Source: Antedon mediterranea
Lineage: Eukaryota > Animalia > Echinodermata
Assembly (NCBI RefSeq): GCF_964355755.1
Contig: NC_092673.1
Span: 1,054,001-1,118,000, forward strand
Direction: 5' to 3'
Length of the DNA: 64,000 nucleotides
Both the position numbers and the translations under genes were made by a program. Positions 1 through 15,282 of this stretch are shown piece after piece (position 1 is the stretch's first letter; each line of letters starts with the position of its first letter). The notes beneath the pieces were generated by a model. That model ran no database searches, had not been told where the DNA came from, and worked only from the letters and a program-made list of their open reading frames with translations.

Positions 1-1552
1 TCATTGTTGAATTACTTGATACATGGAGAAGGGTCCCTATTCCAATCCTTTTTTTTTTTTCGATGTGTAACTTACGCTTATTTGCCAAAAGTTTCTCCTC
101 AAACTCCAAAATCCTTCAATGCAACCATTAATCATCCCTGATAATCTTCAATATCATCATCGTCGTCATCATACCATGACATCATTGGTCATTTCTATCG
201 CCTTTTCTTTTTCGTTTGCCGTTCCTATTGTATCAAATGTCTTGTAATGTTACTAAAGTAAAACAGTAAATCATTTCTAACATGAGATTTGTCATAATGT
301 GATGATTCGGCAGATGCTGTGTGATTGATTGACATCTGCTGTACATCTAGTCGTGCATGACCAATTTCAGCGTGTTTTTCTTCAATTTCTTCACTTTATT
401 TTCTAGAATTCTCACGCAATAAAGTTTTGTCTGAAGGCGTAAGCTGTATTAATTTTCACGGAATCCTTTTAACTAATTGTTTGATGAACATTGTATGTTG
501 TGCGTTTATTTTTAGATGTACAGTAATAGATTATGATACCAGTTTCTCACGAAGGATTAATTGTTTGTATTTTTCCTTGAAATATAGATACTCACGTGAC
601 CAACTTAATCGACGAATAATGTATACTTCTCGTCACACGCTTTCTTTTCATCTGGATTGAATTTCAATATTTATCAGTCCATGTTTTGTACTGGATTTCC
701 CCATTTCTCATGACTTTGTTAGGGACGTAAACATCCGTGGCCGAGGGCCACTAGTATCGTGTTTAACCACACCAAAAAGGTGTTTGCGAAGGCGCCTTAC
801 CGATGCTACATTATATTAGTAATATTATTTACGGTATATCAATATATCTGTGTTGATAAACAAAATTTTTATTCAATAGGCCTGATTAAGGTTAATAAGT
901 TTTTCGAAACACCGCATGCTTAAAGCACTAGTATAATGCTCATTATTGTGTTCAAGTCTTATTTATAGTTTCATGTGATTCATATTTAACTATTACCAGA
1001 TATTGCATGTATTTTGGCCCGTGTCACGGACAGCAATCACCACCCTGCTTCGCCAGCCCTGGCCCGCTAAGAGTTCTTAACTCGTGCCGTATTTACGTGG
1101 CGTGACTAAATCGTTTGTAATTGCCGATTCAGGCCCACCAATGCTAGCACACCTGTGGTGGTTAACTAACAGGGGTCACACCGTGTAATGAAAACTTTGC
1201 CTCTATGTTTTGTAGATATTACGTTTGTTGTGCGTGATTCTAGATGATTTTTTGTTTCCTAAATTTGTGCGTGTAAATTTCTTAAGTAAGTTGGCAGTTT
1301 TCCCTTAGTCATTCCTCTTTGTTTTGCCAAAACAACGTGCATTGGAAAAGTAGTGAAAGAACGTATGTGCGGTTTGCTAAAAGTACAACGTTATCAAAAT
1401 GTTTAGAGATTCCTTGGCGAAGGCAGAAAACGTCTATTATGCTAATAATATTGCTTCTGTCATCATGGTATATGGAGTATATTATATAACACCCTATTCA
1501 GGGACATTCCTATTAAGGGGATACTTGTCAATGAAATAAATGAGGAGAAATG

Positions 1553-1813
1553 CCTATTGTGGGGACACCCCTAAAGCATGGTTCCCACTGGGACACAACG
1601 CAGGCGACCAATCAAAAGAGATGGATAATTCGAAGTGCCACTTGTTATTGGTCAACTTGCTTACATTGCTTTAGTTAAAATACCTATTGTGGGGATACCC
1701 TAAAGCGTGGTTCCCACTGAGACGCACCGCAGGCGAATTGACCAATCAAAAGAGATGGATAATTCGAAGTGTCACTTGTTATTGGTCAACTTGCTTACAT
1801 TGCTTTAGTTAAA
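1553..1813. repeat. ~130-bp tandem duplication containing a MITE-B left end
   Basis: CCTATTGTGGGGA..GGTTCCCACTG..GCTTTAGTTAAAA occurs twice. Confidence 0.85.
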
Positions 1814-2503
1814 ACTTTGTTGTTGTTCAATATGCTCCATGCGCACTGGTATTTAATTTGTTGATTTGATTATTGCAACATTCATTTTGATGAGATCATA
1901 AATTCACTTTAATTTACTTTAGCGGAATTGAACACAATATTGAGAATCTTAAATAAATATAACTTTTGTTGCTCATTCTACTCGAATAAATATTTTTCAA
2001 TTTAATTAATGTTCAATTCGTGTTGTATAGGTACTTTATTGTTTTCATCTTTTCTTCCAGTAATTGTCAGCTTTGTTCTGTTTGCTATTAAACTCTTCCG
2101 TGGTGTTTAGTCTTCTTTATTCACGGATCAAAATAATTATTTATCAAATGAGGCGAGCGAATGATTATTCTGTACATCAGACATTAAATAAACATTCGAA
2201 GTATATTTTCACACGCTTTGTTGGACATCACTGCGACCTTTTATTGTTATCTTCTTACCAGTGTAATAAGCGCTGTTATTTTAATGATACAAACACGTTT
2301 TGTTCATTTAACTTTGTACAAAACTATACAGTGATAATTATAATATTGTAACACAAGTGGGTTTTGTTTATGTAATATCTTAAAATAGTTCATCGTGCGA
2401 ACCTTCGTAAATAAGTATATAATTTGATCTTCTGCAACCAATTTAATTTTTTTAATTTAAGAAATATTTATTTTGGTCGTATGCGGTGATGTAAGTGTAC
2501 ACA

Positions 2504-2882
2504 AGTGCGACAGGTATGGTACGGTAAAGTTCGACAGGTATGACACGGTAAAGTGCGGCAGGTATGGCACGGTAAAGTGCGACAGGTATGGTACGGTAAA
2601 GTGCGACAGGTATGACACGGTAAAGTGCGGCAGGTATGGCACGGTAAAGTGCGACAGGTATGGTACGGTAAAGTTCGACAGGTATAGTACGGTACGGTAA
2701 AGTGCGACAGGTATGGTACGGTAAAGTGCGGCAGGTATGGTACGGTACGGTAAAGTGCGACAGGTATGGTACGGTAAAGTGCGGCAGGTATGGTACGGTA
2801 AAGTGCGACATGTATGGCACGGTAAAGTGCGACAGGTATGGTACGGTAAAGTGCGACATGTATGGTACGGTAAAGTGCGGCA
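2504..2882. repeat. 24-bp minisatellite (GGTAAAGTGCGACAGGTATGGTAC), ~15 copies
   Basis: Visible tandem array; explains the repetitive ORFs at 2452-2976. Confidence 0.95.
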
Positions 2883-5832
2883 GTCAGTCATACATGCTCT
2901 CGAGCCGACTTCCAGGAAATGCCGCGTTCCTTTGAGTCTAACTAAAACGCCCAACCTATTTGATATAGGGGATTAGTGTGAAGAGGAAACTGAGCTATAT
3001 ATAATTGGAAGTTGATGAGGCCTGGCCTAGCCTACAAACAAACAATTCGATTCAGTGAATTTGCTAATTAATATCAACCACAGTGTTGACGTTTAAGCGT
3101 GAACAAATGTGATCATTTCATCAACGTATAGAGATACAAAATAATAATGATATTATTATCGTACGATTTAGCAATGAACTACGGGGTAATGTCCACCATG
3201 TGTGTAGCGGCTACTCGTTGTCTCGTAGTTAGAGGCTGTGGTAGTTGTGACAGTATCAATTCTCTGAAGGTGCATCACCCCGTGCCCTTCGTAGTGTCAT
3301 CATCACTGTTTAATGTTAATGAAGGCTGCTGCCGACAAAAAGGCTTGACCATCATAATACAGTACAAATATTAAGGGGAATGAGTGTCCATTGGCAGCGG
3401 ACTTCGACATACTGCATTATTTCCCCTGTCACGTGGAATGTCCCCCTTCATAGAGATCTTCCTCATAAATAAAGGTGCCCCAAAGGAAGGGTTTTACTTT
3501 TTGTCTCTCTAGGCCATTTATAGCAAATTACTGACCACAAAAACGTGGCTGCAAACATCGCAGGTTGATTCACGCAGGCGGGGGCAAACACAATTATTAG
3601 AAGGGCATTTTCTTAAGTTGCGTAGATTGCGTTACGTTGCGTCGCTAGTGGCAACCATGCTTTATCATGTGTTTGTACATAATCATCTCCTTAAAATAAG
3701 TAACTACGATAGAGTACTTTGTGTAATGAAATTATTCAGTGTATTGTTGAAATGATTAACCATACAATGCGATCTATAATAACTCATTACAGTCGAATTA
3801 AAATGGTCTCCAGAAGCCAACCAAGTGAACATCATCTATACACTACTTACTCATGAGTGTTTATAGATTAATCACTTTAAATCATTGTATGTTTAACAAA
3901 TTGAAAATCTATCCTGCTTAGACCCTTAAATCTCCTAGTGATTTTTAAAAGGATCTCTTTGGTTTGGTCAACTATGGACAAATTGTTACCGATTATTTTG
4001 GCCTTGGCTATGTACTTATTATTGACACCGGGGTCGATAACAAAGAAGTAGGTAATTATTGTATTCCGTGTATAAATCGTTTTAAACGAATGAAATCACC
4101 TTCATTTTCTTCGACTATTGTAAACGAATTGATGCTTTACAATAGATGGACTGTAAAAGTCCCACGATCTCTCAAGTTGCAAGTGGTTTGGCTGCAGGGA
4201 TTCGGATGTGACTATTTTTAACAGTTTTAAAACATAGCATAAACAATCGAAAATATATCATTTTTTTTATATAAATCTTTATTGTATTTCTTTCAAAAAA
4301 AGACAAAAGACCAAAAAATAATAATCTGGCCCCTGTATTTTTTAGTAGAGGATATGTGGGCTTCTTGACGTAATTATTTTTACCTGTTATAACAATAGTG
4401 AGAGAGTCGCGCACAAACACGCGCGTTTGCCTGTACTATATTACGTCAATAATCGTTGTTGCCCGTGACGTGTGCAAATGCGCATTTGTGTGTAGTAAAC
4501 CAACATTGAATGTCCGTTTATAATAATTTAACCAACTTTAATAATAGACTTCAAACACTGAATGATGAACATAATGTTTGATTAACAGTTCACCGCCCCC
4601 CAGTGACCGTTTATGTAATCACACCGACGTCGCCAACAATATCAACCACATTTAGCAATGTTTTCATTCCTGCATATTCAGACGAGAAACACCAAAGTGA
4701 AAGGGATAAAACAAAATGCAAAACAATTTAAGAAAATTTGATTTTGTTATAACATACCGGTATACATCCATGAAGGTATATAACTCCATGATACAGTCGG
4801 TCGGCCACCTAAACGTAACTAATTTAGTTGTTACAGTAACATTCGTAGTAAAACATTTCGAATTGTCATACTCAAATGGAAAATAATAATAATTAGTATG
4901 TTCTCCTTCTTTCCTTCAAATCTCATAACCCTGTTAGATCCTTATATTCGAACTATCGCTTGTGATTGGTCAACTCACTTGCGTTGCGCGTACGTCGTTG
5001 CGTTGCGTCCAAGTGGGAACCAAACTTTTTATAATGACGTTTTCCTCGAGCCCAAACTTACGTCACCAATCTAACAATAACATGCACCCGTCGTCACATT
5101 GACACCAACAATAGTTTGTTTGCCCTCGTAAAATGGTTGATTAACGTTTAATGTCAGTTGTAAATTAGTGTAAATGTCATCTTTAGTCCATACGTGGTCA
5201 ATTTCGGCGCCGTATCTTTTAGTATATTTCATGAGCTGCAAGTGAAAAGAGGTATCTAGACGTACGGACGGGCGGGCGTCTATATTAACATTTAAAGACT
5301 CATAAAATAAGACTACTATTTGTTTGTTAGTTATACCATTATAAACGATGAGTTAAGGACTTTGATTGTTTTCAGTGCATAAACTTCGTAATTTGTGATC
5401 TTCACACTCGATCCTTTGGTCAAATAAATATCGCTTGATATTATTATGTCTGATGATGACCCGTTTATAATGCTGTTATAAAGTTGTTATTCAGGCATGA
5501 GTATTTGTTCAACACAACGGAGGTTGAGATGAAACGGCCGTCTACTCTCCTCTTCTTTAATACTAGTCTGTATTCCAACCTATAATATTGGTAAAGATAC
5601 ATATTTTGGCATACATGGTTTCATACGTATAATCTTAAGCTCGGAATTCCAGACAAAAATCGAAACGTCGACTATCATAACAATACCGTACAGAATTGGG
5701 GCTGTGAATTAGAAAAATGTATCAAAATGAATTTATAAAAACAGGAACGCATTTACGAGACAAGCAATTAAACATAATATATCTCCACATCAGTATTGCA
5801 ATCTGTACAAATTACCTATCCACGAGATTGAT

Positions 5833-6010
5833 ATAGCATGGTGTTTGATGTGTATCGCTTATATCGCCATATATACATAGCATGGTGTTTGATGTCTATC
5901 GCTTATATCGCCATATATACATAGCATGGTGTTGGATGTGTATCGCTTATATCGCCATATTTACATAGCATGGTGTTGGATGTGTATCGCTTATATCGCC
6001 ATATATACAT
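5833..6010. repeat. 44-bp tandem repeat, 4 copies
   Basis: Unit ATAGCATGGTGTTTGATGTGTATCGCTTATATCGCCATATATAC. Confidence 0.95.
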
Positions 6011-6429
6011 GGCAATTCTAAAAGTTCTACAAATTCATTGAATTTATAATATGAATTTGTTGTATTACGCCCATATTGAGTTCCGCATATTTTAAATTTT
6101 GAGACATTATTTTTGTCAAATATTTTGTTTGTGATTTATGAACTCCGTAAGTGGTTATGTAAATAAAGTTTTTGAAATTCATTTCATTGCACCACTTATT
6201 GATGAAATGAATTAAAGGATAAGTCCTGACTTTAAAATGTATTATGAATTGTTGACGCGAAATGCGTTCCAATATAAGCAAGTGTAGGGTAAGAAAACTA
6301 TTTTTTCTCTAAAAATCTTTCTTAAATTGTGTAAAACATGTTAGGTACGATGGTAAACATTCTGACGCGCTAAACAATACGGTAAGCGATGTAGCTGTTT
6401 TTCCCTTCCCCTCCAGGGGACAATCTTAA

Positions 6430-6583
6430 AGCTTTCTACACTATCAAACATTATGTGATAATAAAATGTGATGTGCCCATATATAGACATGATGATGTCA
6501 TATCACTACCATATTTTGGCATGTCACTACCATATATGGGCACATCACACTTGTCAAACTAGTTTGATAGTGTAGACAGAGTT
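6430..6583. mobile_element. MITE family A copy
   Basis: TCTACACTATCAAAC...GTTTGATAGTGTAGACAGAG. Confidence 0.8.
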
Positions 6584-9500
6584 TAACGTTCTGCTTGTAC
6601 CGCATACTACCGTTACAATGGCCTACTTTTTCACGACAATTCTGTATACCACAACACGTGCCTCCGCAGAAGTACGCCCGTTGCTGAGTGTGATTGTTGC
6701 TTTAGGGCCAAAACGAAACAAACTTCCAGCCTAGCTTGAAAGAGAATCCCTAAAATAAAGAAAACCGACTAAACTTGTAGGAAATGAAGATTAATTGAAC
6801 TTATAGACAATCGGTAAACATCAAATGCTCCTGTCGGCAGCTGGATAACCGAAAACCAAACAAGTCAAACAGGTACTATATTCATTCCATTTATTTTGCT
6901 CGCTTTAATATAGATTTTTAGGGTGAAATGGAAAAGATTGGCTTCGAAAGATAAATAAAGTTGGTGTTGTGTTTGATTACCTTTGATCTAGTAACATAAT
7001 TATCACATTCAAATTCAGTATTAAATTATTCCAGAGACAAAATAAATGAATAGAATGGGTTATTAACTTATAATCGATCAATTGACTCATTAGAATTATT
7101 ATTATCAAATTAATAATTTTGTTTTATATACCTTGACGGTAAATTTGCAATTTAAAAAAAAGTTAATTTATTAAAGTAACTTAAATTTGCCCAGGCCACC
7201 CACAATATCTAAGCACCGCATTAAAGTGCCGCCTGCTGGACGGAAGCCATTTTATCACACTCAAACTTTATTTCAACACTCGGCTTGAGTCGGTGGGTTG
7301 TCGAAAATTAGTAATGCTGTGGAGAGAGGTCAGAAATGTCTACAGTGCACCCAACATAATTGATTATCCCAAAGTTCTAAAACGAAGAACTTCAATTTCT
7401 TTTGTTTTATGTAAGAAAAATTTATGTTTATCTATTTATCGTCGATCGTTATTCTTCTAATAACGATAATGAAAGATGCTGAATTATTGTAGTGAAGTGT
7501 CTATTCCAGTGACATCTTTGTTTCTGCCTAATTGTCAATTGTCAATAGGTACACAATAAAGTGTACCGTACACCAAAATCTATTTTATAAATATGAATTG
7601 TCCTAAACCCTTTCATTTATTCCGACATTGCTACTCAAATAGCACTTGATATGACTATTAACGCCATAATTGTTGTTTTATAGACATTAAGATGAACATT
7701 CTTTGTCGAACTTGACGGATTGGCGACGAAGCGTTACTTAATTTTATTAAGTGTTGACATTGTACCCAAAATTGTCTAAGCGATTGTGTATTTGTTCTTT
7801 TCATAATGTTTAACTCTTCCCATCGTCACTGTTGTCTACTAGCCACAGTGCAGCCTCCGGGGACCTGTTTTACCAATTTGGGGACGTCGGGTCTACGCGT
7901 ACTTGAAAAGTAGACGAACTTATTTAAAAGAGGCAAATATACAGTTCGGAGAAGAAAAACTTTATTAGTTGTGTATCAACTTATCCGTATTGTACATACT
8001 AAGCAAACATGCTTAGATTCCAATTACATATTTTTTCTTCCATAGACTGGTTGTTTGTATAAAATTTAATGAACTATTAAGGCTCTTATGACTGTAAATT
8101 TTCGTATAAGTTTGTTCAACTTTCTTTGTCGTAAACTTGGAAGTTGTCTTGCCGTATTATTTTACCCGTGCAGATTAATTTGTGTGTGTATGATGACTTT
8201 CAATTTTGTGTGCAAAGTAAAAATGGGAAAACAGGATGGAAAGAATAAAAGAAGACGAAGAATAAAAAGCTACGGTAGCGTAAGAAGTACAAATTGAAAC
8301 TTGTCACAAACCACATTTCTTTGTATGGTGATGTAAGTTAATCCAGGTTGACAACAGTAGGTGAAATGAGAAACGAAATAAAACACAAAAAATGAGAAAG
8401 TGAGGTGTAGAGACTATACGTATTCACATGGGCCTTATGTCACATACTAAGGACTTGGTTTAATCAAATTGAGAAACGTCTTCCAATGGCATTAATAACA
8501 ATAATTTAACAATAATTTTTGTTGTATAATACGTGTTGTATTTCAGTTATTGATTGGTTTAATTTGACAGGATTGGATCAAGCTGTTTAGGCACTGTCCA
8601 CATACCTTGTTCAAAGTGTCCATTCACCGCCAGCTGTGATTAAACAGTGTTCTTTACTAATCAGCGTTAGGCCTACATATTGCCTTCTATACATCGAAAG
8701 AATGTCGAGGAGGCCCGGTACACAAAAAAATAACTAGGCCTACAATCGTTAAATCAACCGGCATAATGTTGACCTACAACACCTTAACAATGTTATTCTT
8801 GCTGACTCGGGTGTCTAAAGGTAAAGAGATTGGGCTTAACAGGTATTTAGGCCGTTTACTTTAAGCATACAAACTTAAACATCTTGTGGTTGTTGGTCTT
8901 TTGTAAACTTTGTCCACTGGCTCTTAGCTTGTGTATTATTCCAGCAGATTTTATTGGCAAATAAAGAGAAATAAAAGACTTAAACTGTACAGGGTTTAAT
9001 TTACCTTACAAGTCTTTGATCTAGGCCGATAATTGCTTCAAGAATTTGCCAGGAGAGTTTCCACCAGCTACAACAATCGTGTTGAATTCAGGGCACCTCG
9101 AAGAAGCGAGCAAAGTATTAATAATCATGCAAGTAGTGTATCATATTACACCTGCGTAGTGGGCTACGTATTTTACTATTGAAATGTAACAATACAATCT
9201 GCTGTTTTCACTGTTTTAATAATACTCATAGCTATAAACATTCCATTTACTTCTAATCCGATATGATATAGTGCATATGGGTTAACGACCAAGCATGTTG
9301 ATCCGATATAAGTTGTCGATGTATTATATAATAATTAATAAAACTGTGATATAAGGCCTCTCATCTTCTAATACTAGCAGATCCCGACTCCCCCCACCCC
9401 CCCCCCCCTCCACCTATCAACTAATACGACAGGATAATAACTCATTGTAATATACACACTAAATTTACGTAAATATTTCTTTTAACCCAAACCCCAAAAC

Positions 9501-12104
9501 ATACCAAAGTGTAATTAGTTTTTTCCAATTATTTCAAACATTAAAGTTGGTTTGCGGTACACCACGTGTTTCCAAAAAGGAAGTAAAGTTAGAGAATGAC
9601 GTATTCAAATTGTGTTCTAAACACTTGAGTTACAATACAAAGGTAAACGCGTTACGATATGACGCAATCAGATGATAACTGATACGCACATTGAATATGA
9701 GAAGAGAACAAACCACTTTGTTGAACGCAAAGTATCAATTTGCGTCATTGTGTTCACTCCTGTGTATTGTATAACTTTATATTCTTAAGAATATACTAAT
9801 TGTTCTCTGACGGACGGAGATGTTTATCATTCTCTTGCAGTCACGCAGTAGAGTTTCCATACAAATTGCTTTTTACCTGTTTTACAATAGGCCTGTGTAC
9901 AATCCCGCCTACAATCTTAGTAATTGTTAATACCACGAGGATTTTACTTCGAACACAGCCTGTCTTCAGATGAAAGAGTGTACAATTTGTAAAACGTTTC
10001 TTGTACAGTACGGTAGGCCTACTTAGTTTGCAATAGAATGATTAAAACATGTTTTAACAATGCAGTAGCAAACAATAGGCCTACAGCAGCAGTGTGTTAG
10101 TTCAGATATCCTAAATAGACATTCACAGAAAATGAAATGAGGGAAAATATTATGTTTAACTGTCGCCCCCTCCCACTTAATAGTGCTTCAATCTGCCGCT
10201 GTGTTTTAACGACATTTTACGCTCGAGTTCATCGTTGACCTTATCAAACACTCCATTAGCGTAATTTACTGCAGTATTAAGTACAAAACAAACAATGTGA
10301 TAACCTCATTAACACGTCATTATCATGTGTACACACATGGCATCATGACGCCATAATCAATAATGTATAATTAACTGTCATTTTCTGATTTCGTTTGTTA
10401 GTGAATTCAAACTCGTCGCTCAGACTGACACTTTCAGTAAGTGTATTCATACATTGACATCAGAAATACCACGCTATTTGACAAAACGCTGGGTCCTTTT
10501 TCATTCACAATTACAGTATTTTAAAATAGTAGAAATATACCATCATAACTGTAGGCCTACTACATTTTATAATGTATAGGTATGGTTGAATCTGACAATA
10601 ATTTACATGATTGTACAGCATATTTCAATCTCATTTATAGGCCTACTGTCGCGTTGCATCGATGATACGATATACTTTTTTTCTTACATTGAGCTACTTT
10701 TACTCTTGTCATCAAGACCTTTCAGATCCGCCGGAAACAATTAATTTTCGTGACCTGTTAGGTCACACCATTCCTTTCATCGGATAAATGTGGGTGGGGG
10801 CTTTGAATGACTTTGGTCTATCAAGTAATAATCAGAAAACATAATACAGTAGTAGTAGTAATCATTCTTGTCCGTAATGGACAATTTTCTTTCTAGGCAG
10901 TAAGAAGTAGAAGAGTGTTCTTGTGTTATGCTCACATTCTTTCGTCAATTTCATTTTGATCTACTGTTCCCATTTTCTTCGACCTTTATGTCCATCAATA
11001 TTATTTGTTGTTCTTCTGACTTTAGCTTCACTTAATTATGCATCTAAGTGAATCTTGACAAACCTGGATTATGACACACCACATTTTATTATACGGATCA
11101 AGCTTTGAGTGAATCATCCAAGAAAGAACCGTGTAAATACGCATTACCGCTCCGAACACCTTAATAGCTATTAATCGAAGAAAGTAACCGTACCGCTAGT
11201 AAATAGCCTATCCTACAAATCCTTACAAGTTATTAAGCGCTATAATAGATATGATTTATTGTGTAGAGATGCTATACCTGTCAAAAAGAACCACTCGGGA
11301 ACGTTTGAATGAGGTGTTTAAACATCATCGACTTCCGACTTTCTCTAAAAACTAATTATATTTATAATGAGCCGCTTAAGTTATTACAGATAATATAATA
11401 TAAATTTATTAATAGTTCATGGAAGCAATGTTTAAAAACCAATAAGTTATTTGTCAATGGGAATGAAGATGTAAGGAATATACATATAAAAAACGGTGTG
11501 ACAGTTTTTTATTCAAAAATTCAATTTAGTGAAATTAAAGATTTTATCCAAACATTAGAAAATCTATTACCAGCATATTTTTATTATGGAAAATATGTTC
11601 ATTTCTCTTTTGATTTTTCTTGCTCCCTTTGGGAGTTCTGCATTTATGTTTATTTTACAACTTTGACGAAATTGGCGTTCCATAAGACCTACTGTATTTT
11701 ATTTTGAAGAAAAGTACACTGGCTATAGACAACATGCATATCTTCTTTTTCTCATTGTGAAATAAACAAATATTGATAATATTGTGATTCCGGATCTATA
11801 TTCAGATATTTTTTTGTATTAACCTTTAAAAATCAAGCTTCATAAACAAATATTTTGATAACAGAAAGAAAAACAAAAACAATTGCTACATTAGAAACGA
11901 TTGAAATTAAAAAGCCGGGGAATTCCCGTATAATATTATGGTTTTGTTGAAATTAGTTAACCGTGTTGAATTTAGTTGATACGCACGTATATGTCGTCAT
12001 CAATGCGTTTAATGATTAACAGTTAGAAATCGAATCCGAAAACATAATGTGATATTGAATTATATAGTTTTATGCAAATTGAGTGACTGAACAGGTAGAA
12101 TCTA

Positions 12105-12262
12105 ACACACTATCAAACTTTATGTGACAAAAAATGTGATGTGCCCATAAATGGACATGATGATGTCATATCACTACCATATTTGAGCATATCACTACCA
12201 TATTTGGGCACATCACACATTTTTTGTCAAACTAGTTAAATGAGTGAATGTAGACAGAGGTT
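12105..12262. mobile_element. MITE family A copy
   Basis: Same TIR core and subrepeats. Confidence 0.75.
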
Positions 12263-12286
12263 TACTGTAGTAATCCACACACTGGC

Positions 12287-12619
12287 CTACCGTACTTAAA
12301 TCATTGTAGGACTACCGTACTTAAATCATTGTAGGACTACCGTACTTAAATCATTGTAGGACTACCGTACTTAAATCATTGTAGGACTACCGTATACTTA
12401 AATCATTGTAGGACTACCGTACTTAAATCATTGTAGGACTACCGTACTTAAATCATTGTAGGACTACCGTATACTTAAATCATTGTAGGACTACCGTACT
12501 TAAATCATTGTAGGACTACCGTATACTTAAATCATTGTAGGACTACCGTACTTAAATCATTGTAGGACTACCGTACTTTAAGCATTGTAGGACTACCGTA
12601 CTTAAATCATTGTAGGACT
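12287..12619. repeat. 25-bp minisatellite, ~13 copies (some 27 bp)
   Basis: Unit CTACCGTACTTAAATCATTGTAGGA. Confidence 0.95.
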
Positions 12620-12884
12620 TTTTATAAATCGCAAACCGGACACTGGATGAAACTTCATCATATTTTCAAAATAGCAAGCTATATGCCGAGTATACAACCG
12701 CTCAAAACTGAGTTAAAATATAAATTCATATAGGCCGCGCCAATATTGAACTTTTATAGACGAGAGGGGAGACTCACTCCCTTACGTCACTGCAAACTGC
12801 ACCGAATAAAACATATCGGAACGATAACAACAAAAAACACAAGATCAACAAACTGTTACAAAATAGGTATGATTTAAGTTTATT

Positions 12885-12948
12885 TGACGCAATATGAATA
12901 CGTCTGACGCATTATGAATACGTCTGACGCAATATGAATACGTCTGAC
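12885..12948. repeat. 20-bp tandem repeat, 3 copies
   Basis: Unit TGACGCAATATGAATACGTC. Confidence 0.85.
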
Positions 12949-15282
12949 TTCTAACACTGCTTTGACCTTTGACATGATTGCAAGTTCTATGACATTTTAT
13001 ACTGTATTAGTTTATTAATATTACGTAAACACAAGTCCCGACATTTTCACATAAACAGCAGTCTAACATAAGTCAACGTAATGTAACTGCACATTTGACG
13101 GCGATCGCCTTCCATACATGGTTTATTAAGTATAGAACAACTGATTTGTTTTAACTAATGTTATTATATCAAGGTATATAGTATAATTACGTTGGGATAT
13201 TACTCTGTTCATAAAGGTTAAACGATCAAATTCAACTGTTGATAATTTATCAGAAATTAAGATAATAATAGAAAAATAAAATATAGTTTTAAAATAATAA
13301 ATAACAATGGTAGAAATAACAAACGTATTTATAAATAAATATAAAAATAAATAACAATATATCAAAATTATATATTTATTCGTTAACCTTAAACAATGTG
13401 TTTTCTATAGAATATGGGATATAATTAGGATGTGTAGAGAATAGTCACCTCCCAGTCAGACATGTACGAACACTTTTTCTTTGGGATTTTTTTTATCATA
13501 AATTACTGATGGGCCTTAAAGAATAGTTGATTAACCCTCATTACTATAACCATAAACATTACCCTGTAAAAAAGTTTTTACATTTCTGTAAAAAAACTTT
13601 TACAAACCTTTATAATAATTTGTTGTTTAACGATAAGCTTAGAGTTTACACAAGGCCAAAATAGATGCGTTTGACATTTATTTCGAAAAACATACAGGGC
13701 TGATCCAGCATGCATAGCACGAGCGTCACACATGCGTTTATAGGAATCAACGACGCATAACGCGTTAATAAGTATAAACGACGCATAGATACTGTGCTAT
13801 TGTGTGAATCAACATGTGTAAGAGGCATACATGTTTCGAGAAAAACTGTTTGCTGTGATAAGATATCACGTTCAATCCTACAACACAACAATGTGTGAAA
13901 GCCATGTTTTAGTGCAGCAGACCATAATTGGTGAGTTTTGTCACTAATTTAAAAGCGTTTTAAAATCGCCTGTTGATCTTTTTGTGTTTGAACTAGCACC
14001 CCGGAACAAGTTTATTTTCTCCCAGCAGAAGGTTTACTTCTTATGGCTAATGTAATCGTGTCGGTGGCCTAAGGGAATATCATAGAACAATTGGAACATT
14101 GTAGAAGAACAATAAACAGATGTATAACCTAGTATGGTTAATGTAACTATATTATCTCATTACACATATATAATATTATAATATACTACGTCATACGGTA
14201 AGTGTACACTTACATGACGTCATCATTTTACGTTACGTCACACTAGATCATGTAACAAATTCATAACGTGTACGCATTGATCACGAATAATATGTAATAC
14301 TTTTTCCGGTATTCTACAGTTTTGTTGTTTCAATTTACAATATAAGAAATACAACAGTATCTCCGTAACCTTTCAGGGGTCATTTACAAAGAAAGGTTTG
14401 AATTACATAACTTTGAATAAATACAAAAATATTTTCTATCTCAATCAATATCTGCTCCATCTTGCCCAGTACTAATAAATATCAACACTGTACAAGATTA
14501 CTTCTTCCAGTTGGTCGTAATTGTTATGTTTTTGGATATACATATTTATCAATATTGAACCACTGTAGTAACGTGTAGTGAGTGATGCTTAACTCCTCCG
14601 CTTATAGCAGCATTCGATAACTTATTTCACTTTCTTGGATAATACATAACATACGTCGGATAACTCCTGAGTCGTTTATTAATATAACTTTTGATATAAA
14701 TCGCTGAAGAAACGGTATTTATACCGTATTTTCGAGAATGATAGTACTATACAATAGCATGTACGGGTGGATGTTGATTGTTGCCAACTCATAGTGTCTT
14801 AACGTCATGAATAAACTCAAATCACTCGAGACAAGTTCTGATTGGAATCCGTCATCGAATTTCTACCACGTTTTAGTGTCAATTGTGGCATCCCAATGAG
14901 ATGGGTGTATATTTATGCTAGAACGCATTGCACACACATGAAGTTGTTGATAAACGCATAGTTGACGCGTTCCATTACCATTAGTCCTCGATTTCCCTGT
15001 TGGTAATGTGCCTAATTGGTATATTATTAGAGCGTTTTGTTTTCCCTCAGATCCTTACGTTCAATTACGTCAACAAGTGTTTTTGCGTGAACGTTATCAA
15101 CGGTTTGCATTACGTTTTAGTGAGCTGGTATACGTCTTCCCTCTCCTGAATTCCACCTTACAATAAATAGTTCTTCTTGGAAGTCGAAATAATTTATAAT
15201 ATAACTTACTCATTTCATATAAAAATTACATCGATTTATACAATAGAATATATGTTGCGTCTCACTGTCTAGTTAATGTTTT

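Noticed and set aside
76-420. Coding-like minus-strand stretch (acidic run, GTAAGT donor at 75-70)
   Set aside because: Stops interrupt the coding-like frames and I recognise no homology; it may be a decayed exon or UTR but cannot be supported.
2452-2976. Five overlapping ORFs with 8-aa repeats (YGTVKCDR, CRTLPYHT)
   Set aside because: Translations of a 24-bp minisatellite; no splice or domain support.
12287-12619. Short direct-repeat arrays resembling CRISPR (also 39943-40433 and 5833-6010)
   Set aside because: Units are contiguous with no unique spacers, there are no cas genes, and the context is eukaryotic.
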